Notes: generated from the sequence alone by a model not told the origin. Shown: positions 40,528 through 54,343, numbered from the stretch's first letter. The stretch is DNA of 64,000 nucleotides from Octopus bimaculoides (GCF_001194135.2 NC_068984.1:126179074-126243073); one strand, 5' to 3'. Numbers and translations are program-made.

Positions 40528-41129
40528 ATCATCATCATCATCATCATCATCGTTTAACGTCCACCTTCCATGCTAGCATGGGTTGGACGACTTGACTGAG
40601 GACTGGTGAAACCGGATGGCAACACCAGGCTCCAATCTAAATTTGGCAGAGTTTCTACAGCTGGATGCCCTTCCTAACGCCAACCACTCAGAGAGTGTAG
40701 TAGGTGCTTTTACGTGTCACCTGCACGAAGGCCAGTCAGGCGATACTGGCAACGGCCACGCTCGAAATAGTGTCTTTTATGTGCCACCCGCACAAGCCAG
40801 TCCAGGGGCACTGGCAACGCTCTCGCTCGAAAATCCTACGGAGGCCAGTCAGGTGGTACTGGCAACGGCCACTTTCAAAATGGTGCATCTTATGTGCCAC
40901 CCGCACAAGAGCCAGTCCAGGGGCACTGGCAACGATCTCACTTGGCTTGCCGGGTCTTCTCACGCACAGCACATTTCCAAAGGTCTCGGTCAGTAGTCAT
41001 CGCCTCGGTGAGGCCCAATGTACGAAGGTCTTGCCTCACCACCTCAGCCCAGGTCTTCCTGGGCCTACCTCTTCCACGGGTTCCCTCAACTGTTAGGGTG
41101 TGGCACTTTTTCACGCAGCTATCCTCATT
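40528..41129 (-). mobile_element. RTE-clade LINE 3' end: ORF2 C-terminus, repeat-containing 3' UTR, (GAT)n tail
   Basis: 41129 to 40938 translates without interruption to NEDSCVKKCHTLTVEGTRGRGRPRKTWAEVVRQDLRTLGLTEAMTTDRDLWKCAVREKTRQAK*; GRGRPRKTW is the RTE C-terminal signature. Confidence 0.9.
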
Positions 41130-41557
41130 GATTTAAAATTTTGGTTCAAGGCCAGCAGTTGCAGCAGGTGGGTAAGTTGAATACATTGATCCCACCGTTC
41201 AACTGGTACTTATTTTATTGATCCTGAAAGGTAGAAAGGCAAAATTGACCTCGGCAGAATTTGAACTCAGAATGTCAAGATAGACAAAATGCTGCTAAGC
41301 ATTTCATCTGGCATGCTGATGATTCTGCCAGCTTGCTGCCTTAACCTTATTAAAATTTTTTTTTTTTTTTTTTTAATGTGGTTGGGGTTTGAAATATTAT
41401 GCTCAACATAAGTCTATTTGTTTATTTATTTATTTGAAAATTTCTTTGGATTTCTGTTTTAAGCACATTTGTGATTACTTTAATGAAGAATTACAAAGAA
41501 GTGTTTCTAAAATTTGCAGTTAGTTTAAAGGGATAGATTTTGAATAAGATTTATATT

Positions 41558-41915
41558 ATCATCATCATCATCATCATCATCATCATCGTTTAACGTCCAC
41601 TTTCCATGCTAGCATGGGTTGGATGATTTGACTGAGGACTGGTGGACCAGGAGGCGACATCAGGCTCCAATCTGATTTGTCAGAGTTTCTACAGCCAGAT
41701 GCCCTTCCTAACGCTAACCACTCCGAGAGTGTAGTGGGTGTTTTACGTACTACCAGCACGAGGGCCAGTCAGGCGGAACTGGCGACGGCCACGCTCGAAA
41801 TGGTGTGTTTTACGTGCCACCTGCACAGGAGCCAGCCCATCGGCAACGATCTTGCTCAAATGTCTTTTCACGTTCCACTGGCACAAGTGCCAGAGAGGCG
41901 ACGTTGGTAACGATC
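41558..41915 (-). mobile_element. RTE 3' UTR fragment with (GAT)n tail
   Basis: Same sequence family as 40528-40940. Confidence 0.8.
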
Positions 41916-42544
41916 AATGGCCATTCTCAGAACAAAAATAATTCTATTATAATGATTTTTCCCATCTGACATTTACTTCTTTCAGAAGGTTGCATGCTTC
42001 CACTTCTATGAAATTTAAGATTCGCTCACCTTGCTTCCCTTTTAATTTACATGTTTTTATGCAAATGATACATTTTCAATTTTTTTTTAAAATTCATGTA
42101 TATATATATTATGATAGTATATTTTTCTTCATATAAATATACTGATAACATTGCTATGATTATACTTAGAAGGGTGTCACTTGTAAATTTATTGTGATTT
42201 CTCTTTCTGCACCTCTGTTAGCCCTATTGTGGTTGTACTTTCCAACCTCTGATAAAACCCTATTGTGCTATTAACATAATCCTCTACTACTGACATACCC
42301 ACTGTATCATTATCCAGTATTCTTAGCTTATCTAGTTCCCTCTTCCAAAAATATTTGGATGCAGGATTTTACAAAATACCACTTTAGTAGAGTAAATACT
42401 ACCTCTTTCAAATGTCCCAGGATAATTACTTGAAGGCTGATGCTTAGTATTTATAATGATTTTTGAAGGACTAAAGCATATTATTGCCAGTTACCATTGA
42501 TGCTATAAATACTTATAATAATAATAATAATAATAATATTCCAG

Positions 42545-42642
42545 GAAATATCCTGTGTGGTCAAAATTCAAATGGAAACAGTAAGAATATGTCTAAAGAA
42601 GTTGTCAGTCAATTAATTGCAGCTGAAGTCGAAGAAGAACCG
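42545..42642 (+). CDS. LEMD3: MAN1 exon 4 (GNILCGQNS...EVEEEP)
   Basis: 98 nt, phase 1 to 0; G-x-x-x-C-G matches the MAN1 luminal GDHECG; donor CCG|GTAAGT. Confidence 0.88.
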
Positions 42643-44523
42643 GTAAGTATTGGTTTGTGTGATCTATCCTGCAGACATTTAACATAGATATATCAACTGT
42701 CTACCTCACATAAATCTGTCTACGCTGCCACTGCTACTTTGTGTGTGTGTGTGTCACTGATTGTCTGTATAATATTTCATGTATCAGTCAATGTAAGATG
42801 AGCTTTTTAAGATATGTGTCAGCCTGAAAGTTAATGTGTTTCAGCCAAAACCTACCCTTTGTTAACACTAGGAAATCAGTTGTTTAGCCTGAGATTTTCT
42901 ATAGTTTTAAATGAATTTTTCTATTCATCTCATGCTAGATGTTTACATATCGACAGTGGTAGTTTTCGGTGTTGAATGTCCACTTCCTCTTAAACAGTTG
43001 TTACTGAACCAGTTTGGAACTCTTATGCAGTTAGTTAACCTGCTAGAAGTTGCAGCTAAATATTTCTCAAATCACATTCTGCTATCTTAAAGAGAAAGGC
43101 AACATAAAATTATGTGGTCTTGAATGCTCACTGCCTGAAAAAAAAGTTAGAGTTGTTCCACTTTGGTCATAGGTCTGCTCCTTATGACTGACCCAAACAA
43201 CTAGATATTTAAGAGAACTCTTGTTGAACTGACACCATGGTGACTAGATACAATATATCTACTGTATTATTAGAAATAGTGGCAGCTATAATATCAGTGT
43301 TTGGCCTTTCTTTCGTATGTATATTAAGAAGCACACTGTCTTCAAATTTAAAATTGAAAACATGTGGTACAAGTTCTGTTGAAGGAAACCCGGCTGTTAT
43401 ATTCATTTATAATTTTGGTGCTAGTTTACTGATTTGTAGTTGAGATCAGTACTTGATTTGAATTGATCCTCACTTCATTAATGATACTTAATTTATTAAC
43501 CCTTGTGGTATGAAAAACAAAATCTACAGTGACAAGATTTGAACACAGAATGTAGAGAGATGCAACTAGACATCACCAGGTATTTCCTCTGACACTCTAT
43601 CGTTTCTATTACTATGCCAATCTTTTTCTTCTAAGTTCTTTCACTGGTTTGTGTTTATTAGCAGTTTTCACAACTGACTGTTTCTTGCCGAAACTTTCGA
43701 CTTAACTATGAAACACATGTGACAAATCAGATGGGAGAAAGTATAACTTGACCCCAGACACACAAGTTTTTTTGGTCAGTTTAAAGTACAGAATTTACAA
43801 CCTGTTGTTCTCTTATTTCATTTGCTCATTCAGCAGTAATCCTTTAACAATCAGATTACTCTGTCAAGTATAATGCTTATTTATTCACATTGTTTTGAAT
43901 TAATCATGCATTATCTTGTAGCTTTGACATTTCAGTGATGCGATTGCTTATTTTTAGAATGACAGTGTAGGGTGGGTGTGACCTGCCAGAAATGGCTAGT
44001 TTGCATATAAAACAGGTAGAGTACTTAGGCTGGATATGGCTAGTTCAATCACTGAAGGGCTATGTTTGATACTGTTCAGTACTATCAGAATAACTATATT
44101 TTAGTGCCATGTGTAGTTCTTTCCAGATTCTCCATTTTGTGTTGTGGCCATAGAAATAGCCTGGAAACAAATGTGAAAAAATTCATTCTAGCACAAATAC
44201 CATTTTTACTCATGTCCTCTCTCTATTTTACTTTTTCCCTTTTTCTTTCCTTCTCAAATGTTTTGTGTTTAAGATCTCTCCAACCTATGTACGCCACAGG
44301 TAAAAATAGATGTCAAAATATTGATCATCATTATCATTCTTTGTTCTCCCTCACATTGTTCTGTTTTTAAGATATCATATCAATGGCCTTATTTTATATT
44401 TGATTAATCTGTGTGTATGTATGTATGTGTGTGTGTGTGTGTGTGAGAGAGTGAGAGAGAGAGAGATTGGTAATTGTATCACTAAAATATTTTTTTCTTT
44501 GTCTTTTGTTTTATCGTATCAAG

Positions 44524-44582
44524 ATGATAATTGAGCAGTTAATTATGTGGATGATTATCAGCAATGAAGACTGGGGTATCAG
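44524..44582 (+). CDS. LEMD3: MAN1 exon 5 (MIIEQLIMWMIISNEDWGIR)
   Basis: 59 nt, phase 0 to 2; W...GIR resembles MAN1 LQWILENGKDVGIR; AAG acceptor after a T-rich tract; donor CAG|GTAAGT. Confidence 0.88.
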
Positions 44583-45173
44583 GTAAGTGTTGTCAGTTTG
44601 AAGTGTTTGAGGTTAATGATACTAAGGCTGTTGTTTGCGGGCTGGTAATATAGTTGGCATGACTTTGAAGAGCAAAGACCTTTTAAGTTATGGTAAGGTA
44701 AAAAAGAACCTGGAAGGGACATGTCTTGACATTGTGCTAGTATTTAAGCAGCGCATTACATATCACCATCATTTAATGTCTATTTTTCCATGGTCTCATG
44801 AGTCAGACTGAATTTTGTTGAGGTGGATTTTCTGTGACTGGATGCCCTTCCTGTTTCTATGGAAGATTAGAAATGAAGGACAGACACCGTTTGCATGATG
44901 GTGACACTCACTCACATCTATCACTCGACCTCAAGGCAAAGAGATGGTAACATACATACACCACACACATACATACTTACGTACGTACATACATGTTTAT
45001 ATACTTATATACACATACACACTACAGGCTCTTTTCAATTTCTATCTACCAAATCCACACACAAGGTTTTGATCAGACCAAGGCTATAGTAGAAGACTCT
45101 TGCCCAAGGTGCTTTTGCAGTGGCACTGAACCCCAAACTATGTGGTTGGGAAGCAAATCACTTACTATGTTGT

Positions 45174-45401
45174 TTAACCCTTTAGTGTTCAGATTACTCT
45201 GTTAAATTTAATACTTTTTCACTCAAATTGTTTTGAATTAATCATGCATTATCTTATAGCTTTGAGGTTTCAATGATGTGATTGTTCATTTTTAGAATGT
45301 CATTGTAGGTTAGGTGTGAGAGGTTAGATATCGCCCGTTTGAATATGAAACATGTAGAATATTTGGGCCAGATATGGCCGGTTTAAACACTAAAGGGTTA
45401 A
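45174..45401 (-). mobile_element. TTAA-flanked MITE family C, complete 228 bp
   Basis: TTAA|CCCTTTAGTG ... CACTAAAGGG|TTAA perfect inverted termini; partial copies at ~43845-44060 and 45690-45822. Confidence 0.85.
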
Positions 45402-46573
45402 AAAGGTAGATTGCTTTAACTTGCAGCAATGAGGAGTATCTGATATTTGTATTGAGAAGAAGGCCAGGAGAATGGTGACAGTGAGAGCCTGTAGGTGACT
45501 GGTACTTCTAAATACACTATTTAATTTCTCTATTGCAAGTATTGTTTAGACAGACAAATTGATAGAATTGGACCATGTCTGTGTGGGAGGTGAACAAATG
45601 GCTTTTGAGAAGGAGGTTATGGCTTTTGTAATCATTGACAATGAGAGCTAACATTATTAATTATTGTAGATTTGTAAAATTAATTGTGTATTATTTTGTA
45701 ACTTTGAGATTCTGAAGAAGTGATTGTTTATTTTTAGAATGCCATTGTAGGGTAGGTTGGATCTGGCCATCCTCACACAAAACAGGTGGAATATTTGGGC
45801 CAGTTTAAATGTTAAGGGGTTAACATCAGCCTAAGTTTGGCTGGTCTGCAATGTTATGAATGACTCCCTTTTTGTCTTGTGTACCTTCTCATCTGTGAGA
45901 TTGACCTCACCTCACCTTTTTATCGTTGTATTACTACTATTATTACTTCAACCACCACAGCTACTACTATCATCAACTACAGCAAGCATCACCATCATTT
46001 GAACCACTAACCTCTGCTATTGTTGCTGCTACTACCATCTCACCACCACAACCCCTCTTCTCATTTCTGCCATTGCCACATCACTATCATCACCAAACCA
46101 CCATCACCACCGCTACCATTATCATCGTCATTGCTACTAACTGTTAGAACAATTGTCAGTTACCTTTTACTTGCCCCAGTCTAATGACTGGGGCACCACC
46201 CTGAAGGGTTTAATTGAACAAATCAACCCCAGTGCTATTTTTTAAGTTTGACTTTTATTCTGTCGGACTCTTCTGTTGAATTACTGTATCAAAATGACAA
46301 ACAAATCAATGCCAGTTGTCAAGTGGTGGCAGTAGGGAAGACTAATACACTCACACACACAACATACATACATACACACATATATATATTGTTTTCCAAA
46401 ATGGAGGTGAACACCTTTCTCCATGTGATCAGCTTGAAAAATTATTAAGATACTTGGATATTTTCACACTCTTCTTAACATGAAACTAATGGTAGCCTTA
46501 ATTCACAAATAAATTATTTATCCACCAATACAGTGTTGAGCACGCATTCCAACGTTCTACTTTTACTTATATA

Positions 46574-46628
<55 letters not shown>

Positions 46629-46846
46629 CACACACTTACAATAGGTTTCCTTCTACCAAATTCACTCACAAGGCATTGGTCAACTTGGGGCCATAGTAGA
46701 AGACACTTGCCTAAGGTGCTACAGTATAATGGGGGCAAACCAAGCTTCTTAACCATACAGCCATATCTGAATTGCATGATAATCTACCAGAAGTCTATAA
46801 ACAGACAATTATAATGTCTTCCGTATTTCATTAACTTTCGTTACAG

Positions 46847-46989
46847 ACCATTGACTGTAAATGGTACCATTCCTGAAAGAGTTGAAGAACTGGCTTATGT
46901 GGAGAGTTACACTCCATATATGAGTTTCACTTGTCGCCTTCGAAGAGCTATCTTTGACACTATATACCAGTTGCTTTTGGGATGTCTAG
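46847..46989 (+). CDS. LEMD3: MAN1 exon 6 (PLTVNGT...MSFTCRLRRAIFDTIYQLLLGCL)
   Basis: 143 nt, phase 2 to 1; MSFTCRLRRA matches MAN1 MSFWCRFRRA; donor TAG|GTGAGT. Confidence 0.93.
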
Positions 46990-48483
46990 GTGAGTAGATA
47001 GAGCCACTTCTTATTTCTATTCTGCTTGGGGAATTACTACAAACAGCTAAGTCAGTTTGTGGGAGATCATTTTTGTACTAGATGAAGGATATTTGACTTT
47101 GACTTTTTGAAACTGCAACAGTCCAGACTTGTTTCTGCATGTTTATGGGGTATATTATCTGTAATAGCCTTATTGACTCTCTGGCATGAGTATTTTAGCC
47201 CTAGGCAAAGGAATATATGTCTACTTTCATTCCCTGGTCTACCTGTTTAACAGTTTCAGCTTGTTTTACTGTTGAAGAGGATCCTGCAATAATCGTACAT
47301 ATTTACACAAGTCATCCAAGCTATGTTGGCATGGAAAACAGTTCACAAGTTACTCATTAGCCATTTCGCTTCTGCTACATTTAATTTTTCTCTCATATCA
47401 TTGAAAATTCTGATGTTCCACAGAACATCTCCTCAAGAGTTCATTCTCTGATCAAAATTAGTTTTGAGATCTGTTTATTTGGAGCTTGATGATAGTTTGG
47501 AAAAGAACTAATCAAATCTGTAATAATTGGAGAAATGTTTATATGTGTGTGTTTGTAGACATCAGTATGAAACAGTAAGGCACAACTGTTTGAATGCTAA
47601 CAATTTGGCACAGCTGACTGGACATTCAGCCTGTTTTTGGTACTGGAAACAAACACATGTAGACAGAAATATTCATTTACTGAAAGAAAGACAGAGATTA
47701 TAATTTATTTATTGAATATTATTGACAAATATTTTCCCGCTCCTCATGCACAGAGAAGTGGGGAGGGTGAGAATGGGGAAAAAAACATTAAAGCATTTGG
47801 TATTAAATATATCAGTGTTGAATCAACAATGCCACATAGGTGACACCAAAGCGTTTCATGCTCATATATAAATATATGTATATAGATAGATAGATCTAAT
47901 GTACTGCTTTATTTAATACTTCTGCCTACTTTGTGTTCCTTTAATTATGTTTACTCTGTTAAAAACATTCAAACCAGACACCTGGTTCCCTCCACATGCA
48001 TTTATTGCCTGTGGATGTTCAAGGGTGAGCATCAGACACATTAATCTCATTGGGCTAAGGAGATGAGGGAGTCAAAATCATGTGACTCATCCCTTTTCCT
48101 GTGATGGACTGAATATGTACAATAGGGATAAGTTTATACGTACTTAAAGGGTCTGAAAATGGTTAAGACTGAAATGATCAAAGTTAAACCAAATAACTGT
48201 GAAAGGTGAGTTTACTAGCACTGTGATACAGAAGAGTAATTGTGATGCTGAAGGTACGTGTGTATGTTTTTGTTTTGTCTTTTGTTTGTTTTTATCCACC
48301 TTGCCATTATCTGTTGTCACACTTCTGGCTTGTTCATTGGTCTCTTCCAGATTAAAACTAGAAGTAAAGATGTGTTTAATTATCTAGGCATTGATCCCTT
48401 TCAGACCTTCAGGTCTAATCATATTTTTCCTTTCACTGTTGTCTCAGTCACTAATATACAGTTGGTTTTGATTTCCTTGTCAG

Positions 48484-48585
48484 GGGTTGTTTTGCTTATT
48501 TTATTGCTGCGTTTTTGCTTGGTGCAGCACCAGAAGAAGGAAGAGGAACAGCAGCAAATCTATGAAATGATTGAGAAAATAATTG
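48484..48585 (+). CDS. LEMD3: MAN1 exon 7: TM2 and following helix (GVVLLILLLRF...IYEMIEKII)
   Basis: 102 nt, phase 1 to 1; matches MAN1 GVV..VLRY...EEE..QMYDMVVKII; donor G|GTAAGT. Confidence 0.95.
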
Positions 48586-50333
48586 GTAAGTAAATAATTA
48601 GGCTTTAATTCTACAACAGCACATTCTTCACCACCTCCTCTATCGTTACTGTCACTGTTACCATCAAAATGGTTTTGTTGGTCTTGTCAAGTGGAATGGA
48701 TTTCCAGTCACATTCTTACATTTCCTTTCCCTATACATTTGAGTTGCTATGTTTATTGAAAATGTCACTTAAAATGGAAATGTTGTCATTATAAAATAGA
48801 TTGAAATCTTGTGATTGTTGTTGGTGTAGTACAAGAGGAAGTTTCTAAATAAATATATTTTAAGCAAGTTCAATATTCTTGTGATTGAGATCTAAGCAAG
48901 ATCAACTCTCATAGAGTGGAGACCTAAGTGAAGACAGTTCACTGAAAGTGAGACATAAGTGAGATCAACTATCATAAATTAAAGGTCTCCTACACTTGTT
49001 AGTTTGATTATATGATGTAGTCCTAAAAGTCACGTGAGAGGAAAGAACCATTATGGTGGTTGATGTCTTCAGCATAGATAACATTGATTACTAGGTTTAG
49101 ACTATCAATGCCATCAACATCACTTATGTAACAACCAGTGACACTATTAAGAGTAATGAGATAAGCCAAATCATATGATCTATTATGCAAATGTATATCA
49201 CTGGATCTGTGTTGATCTATACAGCTGTGGTAGTTAGTGTGAATGTGATTAATGTGCAAATGACATGAAACTGAGAAATTGAGTGAAATACTACTGCACT
49301 TGTAGAACTTGTAGAAAAGGTCACTTAATTCTTCAGTTAAAATACATGTGTTTGTGTGTGTGTGTGTGTGTATATATCATGTTGAACTGTTAATCCCTAC
49401 ACAGTTTTTCTCTCTCCTTTTTTTTTTTTTCTCAATCCATTCTGTCAAAGAGTGTAGGCTTGAAATGTCAAAGACTTTTCCATTCTTCCCGAGCATCAAA
49501 CTAATGCTCTTGCTTGTTGTTCTTTCACCTGTCTTCGTCTTTTGTTTTCTGTTAATTCAAACTATATATATATAGACAGACAGATATGTATGTATGTATG
49601 TATGCATGTGTGTACCATTATCTACATTCTTTGTTTTCCACCACTTGAATATATGATCATTCTTTCATCATTTTAATGGTTATTTATCATCAGTAGTGCT
49701 ATCCAAATATCCAATAAGGAATCTACTGAACTGTAGCCCCAGGAGTTCATTATCCAAACCAGAACTGTGAATTGTTATACTCTTTTACTGATTTCAGTCA
49801 TTGGACTGCAGCCATTCAGAGATAGTGCTTTCAAGGATTTTAGGCATTCATATTGACCCCAGTACTTATTTCAGTCTGGTACTTAGTTTAACAAATCACT
49901 AAATTATACTTTTAACTCCTTTGTTATTATATTTCTGTTGAAATACAGTCTCTGTATTTGTTAATTTAATTGAATTTGGTAAAATAGCTTTGTCATTATT
50001 AAGCTGGTATTTGGAAAATGAATAAGCATGAAATTCTGATGGAAAGTTTTAATATATACTATTTAAAAGAGGAAATTTGTATCACAACCAAGAACGATCT
50101 TGGGTGGATTGCTATCCAAAGGATTAACACCAAGGAATGCAATTCAGCACATCAGTTTACACTAGTAAGCATGAACACAAGCATGGTTGTCCATAGTTGT
50201 ACAGTTTCTAAGGCATTGGTCAACCTATAGCTACAATAGAAACCACATCTGTTTAAGGTATAACACAATGAGATTGAAAACAGAACTACATAATTGCATT
50301 GCTAACTTCTTAGCTACACATATTTCATTTCAG

Positions 50334-50433
50334 ATACACTAAAGTCTGAATGTGAAGCAATGTCTCGACATGATGAGGAGCCTTACCTAGCTGTACAACA
50401 TGTCCGTGACAAATTATTACAACCGTCAAAAAG
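50334..50433 (+). CDS. LEMD3: MAN1 exon 8 (DTLKSECEAMSRHDEEPYLAVQHVRDKLLQPSK)
   Basis: 100 nt, phase 1 to 2; PY...HVRD.L.QP motif of the MSC domain. Confidence 0.95.
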
Positions 50434-51161
50434 GTATTTTACTAACACATTGTTTACCTTCTGTTTTTGACTTTTTCTTAGAAACAGAATTAATTCTATT
50501 TTAATATTAATTGATTTTAGATTGTCTTTTAAGAATACATATTTAATTGTAGTCTATTCTCTCCTCTCTCTCTCACTCTCTCTCTCTCTCTCTCTCATAT
50601 TTCCCTTGTACTCTCTCTTTTTCCAGCTAGGGAAGCCATGTATTCACCTCTTCAGCAAGACATCTGTTCCCATCCCTCTATCATATTTTTATATCCTTCA
50701 GTATTATATCCCACTCAGCTGAGGGTTTTATTTTGCAAGTATTTGGTGACCTCACTAATCCACATGTTTTGCCATGGAGGCATCTTTGCACCCAATGCAT
50801 TCTGTAAAGTGGTTGATGTTGGGCAGGGCATCCAGCTGTAGAAACTTTGCTAAAAAGGACCATTTGAGCAAGATTTTGACCTATCTCTTCACTTGCTCTC
50901 TTCAAACATCAACCTTCAGCAAATCCTATCATGTGACAGATCTAATGGATAGTTATAATGAATGTCACTGTCAATCACTTAACTCTATCCTGATAGTTTC
51001 AAAGCTGTTGATGATACATTGCTTAAGATTCCTCTGAAACAATTAGATTATTCTCTATCATGAATTAGTCAGCACTGTTTCTATGTCTGTTCTCTCTCTC
51101 TATTCTTTTTCACCTCAAATTTCCAAGGTGCTTAACTGGTACTACTTTCATTTCATTTTAG

Positions 51162-51282
51162 GAAACAATTGCTACCAATCTGGAAGAAAGCTGCCAAATT
51201 TATTGAAGAGAATGAATCTCGAATCCGACATGAAACTCGAATGATTGAAGGAGAAGAATTTGATGTATGGCGATGGTTACCA
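51162..51282 (+). CDS. LEMD3: MAN1 exon 9 (KQLLPIWKKAAKFIEENESRIRHETRMIEGEEFDVWRWLP)
   Basis: 121 nt, phase 2 to 0; NESR.R.E...WRW motif; donor CCA|GTAAGT. Confidence 0.96.
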
Positions 51283-51714
51283 GTAAGTGAATTAGTAATT
51301 TTCTTCAGACTGAAATAATCCTAATTGTTGTTATTATCATTTGTGCAACCCATGCCAGCATGGAAATATGGTTGTTAAAAGGTGAGGATAATAATGATGT
51401 GCAGTAGATTAGCAGAATTATTAGTGTCATAGTATTTGTTCTTTATGTTCTGAGTTCAACCCCTACCAAGGTCCACTTAGACTTTCTTCCCTTTAGAATT
51501 GGTAAAATGAAGTATTGGGATCAGTGGTATAGACTAAGACCTTCCCCTCAAGTCTTATGCTTTGTGCTATTTTGTCTGTCTTTGTATTCTTAAATTCCAC
51601 TGAGGTTGATTTTGCCTTTCATCCTTTCATGATCAATGGAATAAGTACCAGATGCACACAGTGCTTTAGGTAATCAAATTGCTTGTCTCCCAAAATTTCA
51701 GCTCTTGTGCTAAT

Positions 51715-53110
51715 ATAAAAAATATTGACCATGATGAACGGGTAGAAGCATGTATGAATGCCTTCGGAAAATGGTCAAACAAAAATAGTCCATTAAATTT
51801 TCTCTGTAGGTTATTGAGGTTTGTGTTACAAAGTAATACGATGAAGTTTGGACAAAAATTTTAGCACCAGAGGTACACCCATGGCAGTTAATTTTGTTAA
51901 TGTCTTCATGATGAAATTCGAGACAGTTACTGAAGACATTCAAATCCTTACATGATCATGAACCAATATTCTGGTTGCGGTTCATTGATGACGTCTTTTT
52001 TGTCTGGGAAGGATCACAGAATAGTCTAATTAACTTCTTGCATTTTTGTGACTGTTATGCTAAAAATTATGGCTTTAAGTCCAACATAAAATTTACATCT
52101 AGTTTTTTCAAAAACTAGCGTTGAATTTTTAGACACAAAAGTTAAGTTTTCTAGAGGTAGAATAGTGATAGGGTTATTTTGCAAACCCACATCATCCCAC
52201 ATTTATCTCCATCACTGCTCCGATCATCCACATCGTATAATTTGGTCAAATCCGAAATCCCAATTTCTGTGGATAAAACCAATTTGTACTGACATAGGGG
52301 ATTACTGGAAACATCCAAATGCTTTTGTACACCATTATGTCAAATGCAGTTACAGTGAATCATGATTAAAGAATGCAAATGACATAGCTAAAATTAGCAG
52401 AGAAAGTCAAACCAAATTCACGCATAATTTTAGCAAAAACAATACAGTATATCACAGAATTCCTTAAGTGATTTACTGGCGCCGAAATTTCACTGGCATT
52501 TCAAAAGTGTTGCATGAAAGTTACCAGTATGTTGTAGAAAAATATCCTCATTTCAAACAAATATTTCCTCAGACTTCTACTGTAGCCTTTAGACAGAATA
52601 AAATTATAATAGAACATTTAATCTCTACTCCAAGAAAACTAACATTGGAGTATCTGCATGCTGTACCTTGAAAAACAGCCGCCAGAGAGATAAGCCCTGT
52701 TCAGTGTGCAACAACATGAGTCAAGTGAATTCCATCAGAAATCATAACAGAAATGTTATGATTTATACAGAAGTTAAGACATATAGAGATTCCCATTTGG
52801 TGTATGCAGCAGAATGCATGAAGCACAACTTGATTTATGTTTGTTGTACAACAGAACAATTAAACAAAAGATTTAATGGGCACAAATATGACATCAGGCA
52901 CACTAACAGTAGTTCAAGAGAACTTGCCAAACATTTTGCATCAAATTGCTGCAATTTTGAAAAAGACTTGAAAGTGCATACTCTCAGAAAATATTCTGAA
53001 TCTGTTGCACTTTCAATACTCAAAATGCATGAGTAGAAATATGTTTGCAGATTAACATCATGTCCTGGAGGAAAGAATAAAATGACAGGAGAATTTCATC
53101 AAGTTTACAC
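51715..53110 (+). mobile_element. Penelope-like retroelement relic (RT plus GIY-YIG endonuclease), frameshifted; ends approximate
   Basis: LLRFVLQSN..GTPM, WLRFIDDVFFVWEG (51972-52013), KPTSSHIYLHHCSDHP..PKSQF and VYAAECMKHNLIYVCCT..LNKRFNGHK..ELAKHF follow the PLE RT-linker-GIY-YIG order. Confidence 0.88.
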
Positions 53111-54343
53111 AAAACTGTTTGATTAAATATTCTTCACCTTTTTTCTTTCTTTTTCTTTTCACCGGTTGAGAAATTGAAACATGAAGACTGGTGTTGAACT
53201 TGAAGACTGATGTTGATCTCATTTTAAATTTGTATATCTATAAATCTGAATTTTTATCACTTTCCATTTTGAACTTGGCAAAGACAGGCTTGCTGTCGAA
53301 TTATCAACTAATAAAATATCTATTGCAATCGCATCATGCTCTTCGTCTTGTCTATTATTATTAAGGTTGGGAGGCGATGAGCCAGCAGAATCGTCAGCAT
53401 GCTGGGCAAAATGCTTAGCGGTATTTCGGCCGTCATCACATTTTGGATTCAAATTCTGCCGAGGTCCACTTTGCCTTTCATCCTTTCGAAATCAATAAAT
53501 TAAGTACCAATGAAACACTGGGGTTGATGTGATTGACTTACCCACCCCTCACAAATTTCAGGCCTTGTGCCTATAGTAGAAAGGATTATTAAGGTGGCGA
53601 GCTGGCAAAATCGTTTGCACACCATGCAAAATGCTTGGCAGTATTTTGTCCATCTTCACATTCTGAGTTCAAATTCACCTGAGGTCTATTTTGCCTTTCA
53701 TCCTTTTGGGGTCAATAAAATAAGTCCTAGCTGAGGTTTGGGGTCAATGTAATCGACTATCCTCCTCCCCCAAATTTCAGGTCTTGTTTCAATAAAATCC
53801 TTGAAATTATTATTTCAAGGATTATAATAATAATCCTTGAAAGGATTATTATTATTATCAAGTAATCTTAATGTTTCATTTGTAACTACCTTGGCATAAT
53901 GAATGTTCTCCACTATGTTTATATATTATTGTTGGTGTATATAACAAACAACTAAATTTTAAAAGTTGCTATCATCATCAAATCAAGCATCTCCCTATCA
54001 CATTGAATACTTCTATTTCTAGCTCCAACCCATATTGTTGTGAAAACAGCTTGGATATTGAGGGAGGTGAGGGGCGTATAAACAAATAAACAAGTGCATC
54101 AAAGAAAAAGTTACCGCATTACATACACACTTTTAGGATAGGTAGTTCCTGCAGCTGCAAAAATCTATTACAAGTACTCGAATGGAAGGAGAAAGTGAAA
54201 AACAATACTATATACAAGGAGGTTTTCATCAAGCAGATAATGGTTTCAGTCTATTTACATGGAGTGTTGGAATTGAGTTAACGTATAGTCATGTCTTCCA
54301 CAATAACAGTATCCACCTCTATAGTTATTTATAGTCATCTTCA

